Positions 51,440 to 64,000 of a stretch of 64,000 nt of DNA are shown here, piece by piece. The stretch's first letter is position 1. Every line of letters begins with the position of its first letter. Under the pieces are notes generated by a model. The model was not told the origin of the DNA. It saw only the letters and a program-made list of their open reading frames with translations, and did not search any database. The position numbers and the translations under genes are program-made. Location of the stretch: contig NC_068982.1 of the NCBI RefSeq assembly GCF_001194135.2, positions 161,088,676 through 161,152,675 of the forward strand, in the 5' to 3' direction. This DNA comes from Octopus bimaculoides (Eukaryota).

Positions 51440-52668
51440 AGAACAAGAAATAGCAACCAAATTTCTAATAAACAAACGGGACAGAGAGGCGGGCAAAGCG
51501 CCACAATGTAATAACCGATGCAGACTCTGTGGAATCAATATCGAAGATATCACCCACATCATCAGCAGCTGTCCAAAAATGTCATCACGGTATTACCTAC
51601 CTATGAGACATGATGTTGTGGCCAAGACACTGTACAATGAAATCNNNNNNNNNNNNNNNNNNNNNNNNNNNNNNNNNNNNNNNNNNNNNNNNNNNNNNNN
51701 NNNNNNNNNNNNNNNNNNNNNNNNNNNNNNNNNNNNNNNNNNNNNNNNNNNNNNNNNNNNNNNNNNNNNNNNNNNNNNNNNNNNNNNNNNNNNNNNNNNN
51801 NNNNNNNNNNNNNNNNNNNNNNNNNNNNNNNNNNNNNNNNNNNNNNNNNNNNNNNNNNNNNNNNNNNNNNNNNNNNNNNNNNNNNNNNNNNNNNNNNNNN
51901 NNNNNNNNNNNNNNNNNNNNNNNNNNNNNNNNNNNNNNNNNNNNNNNNNNNNNNNNNNNNNNNNNNNNNNNNNNNNNNNNNNNNNNNNNNNNNNNNNNNN
52001 NNNNNNNNNNNNNNNNNNNNNNNNNNNNNNNNNNNNNNNNNNNNNNNNNNNNNNNNNNNNNNNNNNNNNNNNNNNNNNNNNNNNNNNNNNNNNNNNNNNN
52101 NNNNNNNNNNNNNNNNNNNNNNNNNNNNNNNNNNNNNNNNNNNNNNNNNNNNNNNNNNNNNNNNNNNNNNNNNNNNNNNNNNNNNNNNNNNNNNNNGATA
52201 TGTAACGAACTGCCTCAACAAAAAACTGGAAAAATTAGGGTTCTCAAAACCTGAAAGAAAAAAGGCTGATTAGAAGACTACAGATTCAAGCCATCAATGG
52301 AACTGTAAAGATATGTAAAACTTTCCAAAAATTTAGCACATAAATACATATGCATGCATCTAGACATGAAAATATATACATAAAAACGCATCCATAAAAC
52401 AAATATACAAATCTGCGCATAAATACATATGCATACGCCTAGACATGAAAATATATACATAAAAATGCATCCATAAAACAAACATACAAATCTACGCATA
52501 CACTAACACCAAATACTGCACAGACACACACACACACACACACACACACATATGCACAAATACCTAGATGATGTTGATAAAAGTTCCAATGAAGGAGCCT
52601 TTTAAATCTATGTTAGAGTCCAGCTTTCTCTATTGACAAGAAATACAGAAATGAAACTGATTGATAAC
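51440..52668 (+). mobile_element. R4-like RLE LINE, 5'-truncated copy B (middle in N gap), flanked by (TACA)n on both sides
   Basis: EQEIATKFL...CRLCGINIEDITHIISSCPKMSSRYYLPMRHDVVAK (CCHC plus RHD). After the gap, YVTNCLNKKLEKL...IRRLQIQAINGTVKICKTF, as in copy A. Confidence 0.9.
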
Positions 52669-52921
52669 ATACATACATACATACATACATACATATTTAA
52701 TTACCTTTTTTCTGATTATATCTGAAAAGAAACAGCACTTTTAGCAAAACATATTAAGCAACACTAATAATAAATCAAAAACATAAAAATAAGCAAGCTT
52801 TTGACTGTTTTATAGATATTTCAAAAATATGATGCTATGATGCTAGGTGTTTCCATTATTTTTTCCACCCCCTCTATATAAAGGTGTATCATATTTTCCG
52901 TTTCTTGTCTTTTTATGTATG

Positions 52922-52953
<32 letters not shown>

Positions 52954-53000
52954 AATATATAACCCATAAAATATCAGGAGATATGAGATGAGAAGTGCGT

Positions 53001-53246
53001 ATATTTACTTAACCGCTTTTAATCCTTAGGATTACGGCCGTTTCGCAGCCTTCTTGTAATAATAATTTCAGTGTATAATAAATTATGTTTACACGTCTGC
53101 ACTAATATGCATAACACAATAATATTGTAAAATGCATATTAGTGCAGACACATAAACATAATTCATTATACACTGAGATTATTATTACATGACGAAGGCT
53201 ACGAAACGGCTGCAACCCCAGGGATGACAAGTGGCTAAATAAATAT
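53001..53246. repeat. ~246-bp near-perfect palindrome (foldback)
   Basis: 53001-53112 pairs with 53132-53246; the apex acaata-a-tattgt also pairs. Confidence 0.9.
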
Positions 53247-54403
53247 ATTCAACTGCCATACATCCTGGCATTTTATGGTCTTAAATACTCTTCATAAAAT
53301 AATTTCATCGATCAGATCTCCTGGATATCAGTGACATAGGACTCTGCATTATACTCCTCAGTATTGGAATACTATGTGGTTTGTTAACTGAGTCCGTTAG
53401 AGGAGCTTTCTGTGATAGACACACGGTTCTATGAAACTATATATTACACTACAAATGTGTACGTGTATGTATGTATGTATGTATGTATGTATGTATGTAT
53501 GTATGTATGTATGTATGTATGTATGTATGCATAAGCATGTGTGTGTACATTATATATGTATATATGTTTATATATATATATGTACGTATGTCATTTATTT
53601 AAGATTATTTAAACTACTCTTTGCAGAATCCCAACAAATTATATTGCATATAGTCAAAAACAAAGGAAAGTAGCCATTTTTTATACCTTAAAAATGACAG
53701 ATATCCTCTAAAAAGAAGTACAGAATATTTACGACCTAAATGTACCGTTGGGCATGGTTACTGGTCTCCTCGCTCAAGGTTGGGATATAGGTGAAACAGC
53801 AACAACAACAACAAAGACAAAAATAAAAGCAACAAAAGCAAAAACAATGTTATTAAATATATTTGGAGCACAAATTTTTGCTTTTATATAAGAAGAATTC
53901 TATATAACGAGAATGTCCTGAAGACTGTATGAGTTGTCTACTATATTTAAGATAAATCAGCCAGCGAAGGAAAATCAACCAATCAAATTGCTTCGACTCT
54001 ATCCTTATCTTTGGCTAAACTTCTGTTCTTTGTGAAATGCAGTTATCAGGAAATCTCATAGAATGGCATCTCTATTTCTATTACATATGCATTTCTATAT
54101 AAGAATGCTTGGAAGGAGATATGTAAGGATGTATATGTGTATTTATGTGTTATGCATGTATGTGTATGTGTGTGTACAGTGCGTATGTACACACATAATG
54201 CATGTTTGTATTAAGTATATATGCATACATACGTATGGTTATGTACACATACACACATATGTGATATATATGTGTACATGTGTATGTATGCATTTATATA
54301 TATATGCACATGTGTATATATATATTATATTATATATTATATATATATGTATATATATATACATAAATAGATATACTTACACACACACACACACACATAC
54401 ACA

Positions 54404-54464
<61 letters not shown>

Positions 54465-54722
54465 GTGTGTGTGTGTTCATGTCTGTGGGATTGCATGATG
54501 CTCATATATGTGCGTGTATGCTTGTGTAAGTATATATGTGTGAATGTATAAGTTATGTATATATTTACTTATCTTTTTCTTTGAGATTTACTAAAGTTCT
54601 TCGCAGATTTCAATATGGTCACCAAGAAAATGACAAGACATCTTTCAATTAAGACAGTTCTAAGTTAGTTGTGAATACGTGAATGTGAGTTAATGCGTGT
54701 GTACTTATCAGTCTATGTGTTG

Positions 54723-54754
<32 letters not shown>

Positions 54755-55091
54755 ATANNNNNNNNNNNNNNNNNNNNNNNNNNNNNNNNNNNNNNNNNNN
54801 NNNNNNNNNNNNNNNNNNNNNNNNNNNNNNNNNNNNNNNNNNNNNNNNNNNNNNNNNNNNNNNNNNNNNNNNNNNNNNNNNNNNNNNNNNNNNNNNNNNN
54901 NNNNNNNNNNNNNNNNNNNNNNNNNNNNNNNNNNNNNNNNNNNNNNNNNNNNNNNNNNNNNNNNNNNNNNNNNNNNNNNNNNNNNNNNNNNNNNNNNNNN
55001 NNNNNNNNNNNNNNNNNNNNNNNNNNNNNNNNNNNNNNNNNNNNNNNNNNNNNNNNNNNNNNNNNNNNNNNNNNNNNNNNNNNNNNNNNNN

Positions 55092-55340
55092 TGTATGTAT
55101 GTATGTGTGTGTGTATGTTTGCGTGTCTGTGTTTGTCCCCCAACATCACTTGACAACCGATACTGGTATGTTTACGTCCCCGTAACTTAGCGGTTCGGCA
55201 AAAGAGACCGATAGAATAAGTACTAGGCTTCCAAAGAATAAGTCCTAGGGTCGATTTGCTCGACTAAAGGTGGTGCTCCAGCATGGCCACAGTCAAGTGA
55301 CTGAAACAAGTAAAAGAGAGTAAGGAGTAAAGAGTAAAGA

Positions 55341-55341
<1 letters not shown>
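55092..55341 (+). mobile_element. 3' half of family B SINE (5' half in gap)
   Basis: tttgtcccccaacatcacttgacaaccga...cggttcggcaaaagagaccgatagaataagtactagg...gactgaaacaagtaaaagag. Confidence 0.9.
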
Positions 55342-55388
<47 letters not shown>

Positions 55389-55559
55389 TTATATATAAGT
55401 ACTGATATAATAGAAGTACATACTTTAACACTCATGTGTATGTATGTGTGTATGTGTGTGAGAGAGAGAGAGGGGGGAGACAGAGACAGAGAGACTGAAC
55501 AACCTGCACAAACGATTTGTTTATAGGGATCAAATGTCTGTGCTGTACATTAGGTCACT

Positions 55560-55737
55560 CCTTCAACCAAATCGATTTTGCCTGAATTGGTGCACAGTGT
55601 ACCTCACGTTAGGCGTCGAAGTGATCTTAGAGCAACGTGAGATTGTCTTGCTCAAAAAACACAACGCACCAACCGGTCCAAGAACTGAAACCACGATCGT
55701 GAGTGTAACACCCTAACCAGTAGACTATGCACCCTCA
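55560..55737 (-). mobile_element. tRNA-derived SINE (family E)
   Basis: rc gggtgcatagtctactggttagggtgttacactc..gtggtttcagttcttggaccggttggtgcgttgtgttttttgagcaagac. Confidence 0.6.
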
Positions 55738-56819
55738 CATGAGAACAATACTCCATACTGATTCGTTATAATATTGTCCGAGATACACTATGCCTGGTAA
55801 AAGACAGAATGATGAAGGCTGGAACAATTTTTATCATTGTTCTATTTAATGATGGCTGAGCTGGGAATAAACCCCCTTCCTTAGGTTGTCTCACCTCTAT
55901 TACACATTGATTTTTAAAATTGCAGCAAGGCCACAAATATTTGTCATGAGAAGGGAATGAATGGAGCCTAGGATGGCAATGGAATGGCATTTAATTTCCC
56001 AATCCAGGATAATTAAATGCTAAACTCGATCAAATGTGATTTTAATTCAAACTGAAAAGGAATGTAAGTTAATATTGAAAAGAGAGATATAAGAAAACTT
56101 TCCAAACTAAAATGTTCACACTTTTCCTGTGAAGAATTATGACATTTGATGCTAGCGTAAAAATTATTCTCTATTCACAGGTGTTCTGTTTGAGGTTAAA
56201 CTTACATCAGCCATTACATTGTATGGAAAAAAAAAGTGTAATTTATCAGTGGATGTCATTCAATGGCACTTCTGATTAATATTTCTAAATATGCACTAAT
56301 TATTTACTATTCAGAGCTAAATGCGTGTAATCAATGTGTTATTTATTTGTTAAAGCTTATATTTATTACTGAAATATTAATTCTAGCAGGTGTGTTGTCA
56401 TTCATATTTGATTTGTCTGTTGTCGTTATTATGAACATGTGATGAATGTCAATTAATTTGGATATTAAAAAGTTGTTTATAACCTCTCTCGTTTTTAATA
56501 TTTTTTTTCAAATAATAATCAAGTTGGAAGATACTCATATTTAACAGTTCAGTGACAGAAATAATCATTAATTACGATGGTGGTTTTCAGTGGCAATAAT
56601 TTTTTCGGCTAATAACAAACATAAAGTAACATGCATGATTGGTAATGGTAATCGTTGGAACCACAGACGACCAGAATATAGTGTACACAAATTATGCCGT
56701 GATCAGTTTTACTTATTTTGAGCACCGGGTTGTACATATATTTTGATATATGTATTACCAGATGTATTTTTGTTCGCAGCAGGCACTTTAAGAAGCCTTT
56801 GCATTTTTATGCAATACTA

Positions 56820-56858
<39 letters not shown>

Positions 56859-58153
56859 ATATGTATATAATACATACATATATATATTTGTATCCATGTA
56901 TATGTATACACATACACATATGTGTGTATGTATATATATATATATATATATATATACACGCAGGCGCAATCCGTTGATGTTCTTTGTTAATGCTCTAAGA
57001 TAATATTCTCGTCCCATCTACAAAATATTTGTCAGAATTGCTAACGTTTTCGGGGTTGTATCTATCTATGCGTAAATATCTACGCGCACGCGCTTATAAT
57101 GTGTACGTGTGTATGTGTGTGTGTGTGTGCATTAAAGCTTATAAACAAATTACTTGTACAGATATTCCAGATCTCAAAGTTACATGCCTTACATACAAAA
57201 TTATTTGTGGAGATTAGAAATCTTATAAGCATAAAGAAACGTGTTTTTGTAAATCGAAATGACACAAGCGAAACAACGAAAAGTGTGTAACGCAACCATA
57301 CTTACAACACCTCCCGGAGATTACATGCGAATAGATTGACTTTAAAAGTGGTCCCTTTTCGTTAGTAAGAGGCGAGATTTAAAATTAAATCCTGCAATAT
57401 ATGCTTATATTTTATTGACTTATGATTGTGTATTGCACAACAGTGCTCCATGTATAGAAACATAGCTAATTTGAAAGTGTATTCAGTTAAATATTTTTTA
57501 GAAAATATACTGGAAACAATATAAGCGATATATTTAAATATTTAACTGTACATATCTATATCAAAATAGAAAGCGTTGTGGTATTAACATTCTTAAATAA
57601 ATTAAATGTATAACATATTGCATAACCTGCACAATTTAATTTTAATCATTCATGTGTGTGTGTGTGTGTGTGTGTTTATACGTATGTATACATACATACA
57701 TACATACATACAAACATACAAACATACATACATGAGTGTGTGCGCACGCGAGCGATGAGCTTCTATAGTTTCCATCTGCGAAATTCAGTCACGAGCCATT
57801 GATCGACCCGGGTGAGCAGTGGGCCTGAGCCCGAAACCAAACAGCCACGTCTTCATCTACACAAACGCTGCTTTCACTGAAATATTAAATGCAAAAGTGG
57901 AATGCGAAATTAGATAATAGAATTCCGTAACTAAAATATTATTACTCATTTGAACAGATGGTCTGCTATCTTCGTCATCTCACACAAGCATCTTATATTA
58001 CTAATAAATATGTGTCTGTTTACGACATCTGCTTCAATGTTGTGAACAGATTGCAGACTTAACGAATAACTTGATAGATCACAATTGTGATTATGAAATC
58101 AATAAAAAAAAAACTATTTGAATAACTTACAATAATAAATAATTACAAAGTTA

Positions 58154-58640
<487 letters not shown>

Positions 58641-58689
58641 GCCTTATGAAAATACAGCCAAAAATAAATGCAATGGTTTGCTATTGGTG

Positions 58690-58729
58690 CTGTTATTATT
58701 GTTGTTGTCGTTGTTGTTGTTGTTGTTGC

Positions 58730-58777
<48 letters not shown>

Positions 58778-58795
58778 CGTTGCTGCTGCTACTGC
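58690..58795. repeat. (GTT)n trinucleotide tract
   Basis: Direct reading; the poly-L/C/V ORFs here are artefacts. Confidence 0.95.
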
Positions 58796-59306
58796 TTATT
58801 CGGAAGCAAATGCCGATCAATTAGAGGCATCTTAGTTGATAACCTTTCCACCTTTTTTAGGATTATGAAACTCTGCAGTATCAAATCTGTCCTTCCCTTA
58901 GTAGTTCGAGGGATCTTTGACTACTAATTCTAGCAAGTTAAAAGACCATTTATAATTTGCTTCTTTGACTCGATATATGTTTTGGGTTTAGGTGTCATTC
59001 CGGCCTCACATGGGATTCATGCAACAAACAGAATGTCAAAAGACTTGATCTACCTGAACTGCTAAAAACCATTTTAAATACTGGCAGAAAATGCAAAACT
59101 TCAAAGATTTCATTTTGAAACTGATATTACCTGTTTTACTAATGCAATGATTCAACTTTTGATCTATATTCCCAATCTTAAGTTGTATGGTTTACTTTTG
59201 ATATATTTCTTTGATGATTCTAAAGTTTCCTGCTGATCGAAGACTGCTATTTTAAGAGTTAATGTTTTTTAGGTTTATTAGTTTTTTTTTTTAGTTTTTT
59301 TTGTTG

Positions 59307-59337
<31 letters not shown>

Positions 59338-60059
59338 GTGAGGAGTAAAGAAAAATTAACCCNNNNNNNNNNNNNNNNNNNNNNNNNNNNNNNNNNNNNN
59401 NNNNNNNNNNNNNNNNNNNNNNNNNNNNNNNNNNNNNNNNNNNNNNNNNNNNNNNNNNNNNNNNNNNNNNNNNNNNNNNNNNNNNNNNNNNNNNNNNNNN
59501 NNNNNNNNNNNNNNNNNNNNNNNNNNNNNNNNNNNNNNNNNNNNNNNNNNNNNNNNNNNNNNNNNNNNNNNNNNNNNNNNNNNNNNNNNNNNNNNNNNNN
59601 NNNNNNNNNNNATAACTCAAAACAAAGAGAAATATATACTGTTTCTTTCCACGATTTATTCTGCGGCAACGATCGAGATAATAGAAATGGTATGTATATA
59701 TACTTTTTTATATATATATATTTCTTTTTATGGTTTCATATCAGAAAGACAAATGGTTTGTTGTCGACAAAAGGTAAACTGTATTGATTGCTGGAAACGA
59801 GTAGATCACAGAAGGAAAATAGATTTATAAAGTGTTTCAGTGAAAAAAAAAAAGAATATATACGAAAGACAAAAAAATAAGGATGAAAAAAATAAACTGA
59901 AGAGATAATAGAAATAAAACAAAAAGATAAACTGATGCAAAAAAAAAAAAATAGTGAAGCATAATTGTGATGAAGAAAGTAACGACCGAAGAAAATATAA
60001 GAAGTGAGACAGCGGGTAAAGAATAAGAACAAGGGGAAAAAAACAAAGAGCGATTGGGA

Positions 60060-60237
60060 AGACAATGGTTAGAATTGTCGTTGTGGTGGCCGTGGTGGTG
60101 GTGGTCGTAGTGGTGATCGTGGCGGCGGCGGCGGCGGCGGCAGTGTTGTTGCAGTTATTGTTCGTGTTGTTGTGGTTGTTGTCGGTGTTGGTGTTGTTGG
60201 TGGTGATTGTGGTATTGCTGCTGCTGATGTTCTTCTT

Positions 60238-60275
<38 letters not shown>

Positions 60276-60350
60276 GATTGTTGTTGTTGTTGTTGTTTAG
60301 TGGTGGTGGTGGTGGTGGTGGTGGTGGCGGTGGTGGTATTGTTGTTGTTC
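60060..60350. repeat. Mosaic of G-initiated trinucleotide repeats (GTG/GGC/GTT/GTC)
   Basis: Direct reading. Confidence 0.9.
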
Positions 60351-61480
60351 TATGCAATTGTAGTTGTTATAAGTGCTGATTGTGATGGTATACCACAGAC
60401 TGAATGATGTCTCCCAGTAATCTCTCTTCAAATCCCATTTTATCTCTCATCTTTCTGATTTATATAATATCATTACCAGTAATATACTGTGTGTATTCAT
60501 TCAATCTTTTTCTCTATTTCTCACTGAAATTCATTTAATCGATTTGTACTTAACTGGAAAACATCAACGTCTGATAAGAGAAACAAAGAAGAACTGAAAC
60601 AAAGGATCTCTTTTTTAAAAAAAGCAAAGTCAGAAGGAAGAGAAGATTATGGAATAAAGGACGAAGAATGAAGAACAATCTTTTGGAAAAATGAAAAAAA
60701 AATAAATAGAAATCAAAGAATGGAGTAAGGAAATAATATGAGAAGAAAAGAAGGAAAAACGATTGGAAATTGTGCAGAAAGAATAGATAGATTGATAACA
60801 GACGGACAGATAGATGTTTGTATGTATGTATATANNNNNNNNNNNNNNNNNNNNNNNNNNNNNNNNNNNNNNNNNNNNNNNNNNNNNNNNNNNNNNNNNN
60901 NNNNNNNNNNNNNNNNNNNNNNNNNNNNNNNNNNNNNNNNNNNNNNNNNNNNNNNNNNNNNNNNNNNNNNNNNNNNNNNNNNNNNNNNNNNNNNNNNNNN
61001 NNNNNNNNNNNNNNNNNNNNNNNNNNNNNNNNNNNNNNNNNNNNNNNNNNNNNNNNNNNNNNNNNNNNNNNNNNNNNNNNNNNNNNNNNNNNNNNNNNNN
61101 NNNNNNNNNNNNNNNNNNNNNNNNNNNNNNNNNNNNNNNNNNNNNNNNNNNNNNNNNNNNNNNNNNNNNNNNNNNNNNNNNNNNNNNNNNNNNNNNNNNN
61201 NNNNNNNNNNNNNNNNNNNNNNNNNNNNNNNNNNNNNNNNNNNNNNNNNNNNNNNNNNNNNNNNNNNNNNNNNNNNNNNNNNNNNNNNNNNNNNNNNNNN
61301 NNNNNNNNNNNNNNNNNNNNNNNNNNNNNNNNNNNNNNNNNNNNNNNNNNNNNNNNNNNNNNNNNNNNNNNNNTATATATATATATATATATATATATAC
61401 GAGAGAGACAAACAGATAGACAGATAGATGAGAAACAGAAATAAAAGTTAAGGCAAAATAAAAATTAGATATATATATAA

Positions 61481-61520
<40 letters not shown>

Positions 61521-62230
61521 CAGATATTACCAGCATCATTGCAATTAATGTTTTAGACTGGAGACTATTTCTACCGGCTTCCACAGCCTATATTCAAACC
61601 AAGAACATAGATGATTAATGGTTTTTCAGTGATTTCAAAGAGTTCTTGGTCTTTTCTTTTGGTTTTTATTTTCTACACAAACACAAACTAAAACAGCTTT
61701 CTCTAAACATTTCTTTTCCCCAACGATTTATATTCTATAGTGTTTTATTTTCCTTGTGACTAACATTTTTTCCCAATTTCCGCTCAACAATTCGTATAGC
61801 ATTGTCTTTTATTTTTCCTTTCTATATTTCTGTTTATTTTCGGTTTGTCATTTACAAGTGGAGAAAACAATTCTGATTGTTGACGAGACAACTTCTATTT
61901 CACCCTTCTATTAATCTAAGTGGGTGACGAGGATATTATTTCTTGGAGTTGTTTATAGAATATTTGACACATTCGCACTCACGCATGCTCACACACTCAC
62001 ACGCTCGCTCACATTCATATACACACATATACGGATACACACGTACACTTGTGTGCGTGTGTGTATATGTGTGGGTGTGGCGCACACGTCCGCATTTGCA
62101 TGCAATGTATTGGAGAGCATATATGCATCCATGTATGAATGAGTGCATGCATGTGTGTAAGTATGTTTAGATAAATGCATGCATGTAAGTATATATATGT
62201 GTGCGGGGAAGGGGCGTGTGCATGTACATT

Positions 62231-62268
<38 letters not shown>

Positions 62269-62693
62269 TGCACACTCACATACATATATATGTATGTATA
62301 TATACCTAGATTTTGATGTCTATGCGTGTGTGTATGCGTACTTGTTTCTACATTGCTACATAGTTTCTGAGTTTTCACTATAATTTATCTCAATTCATGT
62401 ATAAATCTATTTGTGGTTATTAACGACGTATATATTACATAACACATGTGTTGAAGATGAAATTTTTGGTTTATTCATTGAACTCGGGGTTTCGAATTGT
62501 GCTGCTGATTTACAACACTATCTGTTAACCTTGCTCCCAACCTCTCCTTCTAAGCCCAATCACCAAAATTATAACATTTTTACTCATTTCCCCTATTGCG
62601 TATATGCTTTCTCATTTCCTCTTTATCACCTATCCTTTACATGTATTTGTCTCGTTGACGTCATAAGAACGTGAAATGAGTCTTTCTTTAGCA

Positions 62694-62816
62694 CAGTGGT
62701 TCTCGAAGCACATCAAGAGACAAATAAAGCCTTCGACTTTTTTCTATCCAAAAGGGTTTGTCAGCCCAATATTTACATGCCATAATTTGTAGCCTTATTT
62801 GCTTCGAGGTCCACTG
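62694..62816. mobile_element. 123-bp hAT-like MITE
   Basis: 17-bp TIRs CAGTGGTTCTCGAAGCA / rc CAGTGGACCTCGAAGCA. The CAGTGG start is typical of hAT (Charlie-like) elements; the 8-bp TSD matches only 4/8. Confidence 0.5.
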
Positions 62817-63247
62817 CTTCGAAATGTAAATGAAGAATTCGTCTGTCTGATTTGGAGATTTTGAAAAAGCTCATTTTCTTTTATTTCTTCTTATTTTCAA
62901 TTGCTTCCTCTTCCTCTTCCCTTTTCTCTTTTTCTCTCTCTCCCCTTCCCTCGTTCCGTTTCTTTCTCCATCTCTGTCTATCTATCTATTTATCTTCTTT
63001 TCACTAAAATTAGTGACACATTAAATGCAACCAGGTTTGTTTGCTATACTTTCTTCAAAATTAAAGATAGAAAGTACTATTTGTTTATTAATACAATCAT
63101 CACTGCTGGTCTAGAAATATACTGCAACACAACGTGGATCGGTGTCCTATCACACTATAAAACACAATAGATAAATGAATTCTACTGTATCCAGCTTTGT
63201 GAGAGAAATTTGCAAGACAGAAAACGTATGGAATCACTTCGCATTTA

Positions 63248-63321
<74 letters not shown>

Positions 63322-63545
63322 NNNNNNNNNNNNNNNNNNNNNNNNNNNNNNNNNNNNNNNNNNNNNNNNNNNNNNNNNNNNNNNNNNNNNNNNNNNNNNN
63401 NNNNNNNNNNNNNNNNNNNNNNNNNNNNNNNNNNNNNNNNNNNCAGGTGTAAACCATTCGTTCTATTATCCATTATATATATATGTATGTATTATGTATG
63501 TATATGTATGTATGTGTTTGTGTGTGTGCTTATATATATAATATA

Positions 63546-63627
<82 letters not shown>

Positions 63628-64000
63628 ATATATATATACATACGTATACGTACATGCTTACGTTTATACGTATACATATGCATATGTGGGCACAGGACGT
63701 CACGAAACGCGTACAACAAAAAAATACGAAGTACGAATACATGGAATATGAACTATTTTTTCGAACAACGAAAGACACAAATGAAAAACAAGACAAACAA
63801 CATAAAGAACGACCCTTCATCGGTTGTTGGCTTTTTCTACTCTCATATTTCGAGCATTTAGCAATAATATACGCTTTCGACAAAACAGTTGCTCCCACAA
63901 AGCAAATTTTAAAAAATCTGGGATTTTGCGGAGGGTCAAAATTGGTAACACAAACAGGACAGTGAAAACAAACATATGTGAGTGTGTGTGTGTGTGTGTG

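Noticed and set aside
63680-63860. Further hammerhead-like pieces (gaaacgcgta; rc ccgatgaaggg)
   Set aside because: The core is altered and stems I/II cannot be formed; probably pLTR debris but unsupported as ribozymes.

Overview
AT-rich, gap-ridden (many N runs) eukaryotic DNA saturated with microsatellites and decayed mobile elements. The SINE families and repeat landscape look like an octopus genome (inference, not a database result). I found no intact host gene, rRNA, tRNA or CRISPR array. Almost all long ORFs in the supplied track are microsatellite or N artefacts. Supported content: (1) Penelope-like RT fragments, one flanked by ~290-bp inverted arms. (2) Three R4/Dong-type RLE non-LTR retrotransposon copies plus an older RLE fragment. 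(3) Two L1/Tx1-like remnants. (4) A near-complete but LTR-less Gypsy internal region. (5) A Hsmar1-like mariner, a mariner MITE, a piggyBac-like 5' fragment and a hAT-like MITE. (6) Many tRNA-derived SINEs, including CORE-type OR-like SINEs. The most notable observations are a ~500-bp foldback element carrying a near-canonical hammerhead ribozyme motif (37150-37646), further hammerhead-like motifs and palindromes of probable Penelope origin, an R4-like family whose two copies both sit in (TACA)n in the same orientation, and a symmetric four-SINE palindrome (16058-16965). A possible Mab-21/cGAS-like remnant is flagged only as a weak hypothesis.
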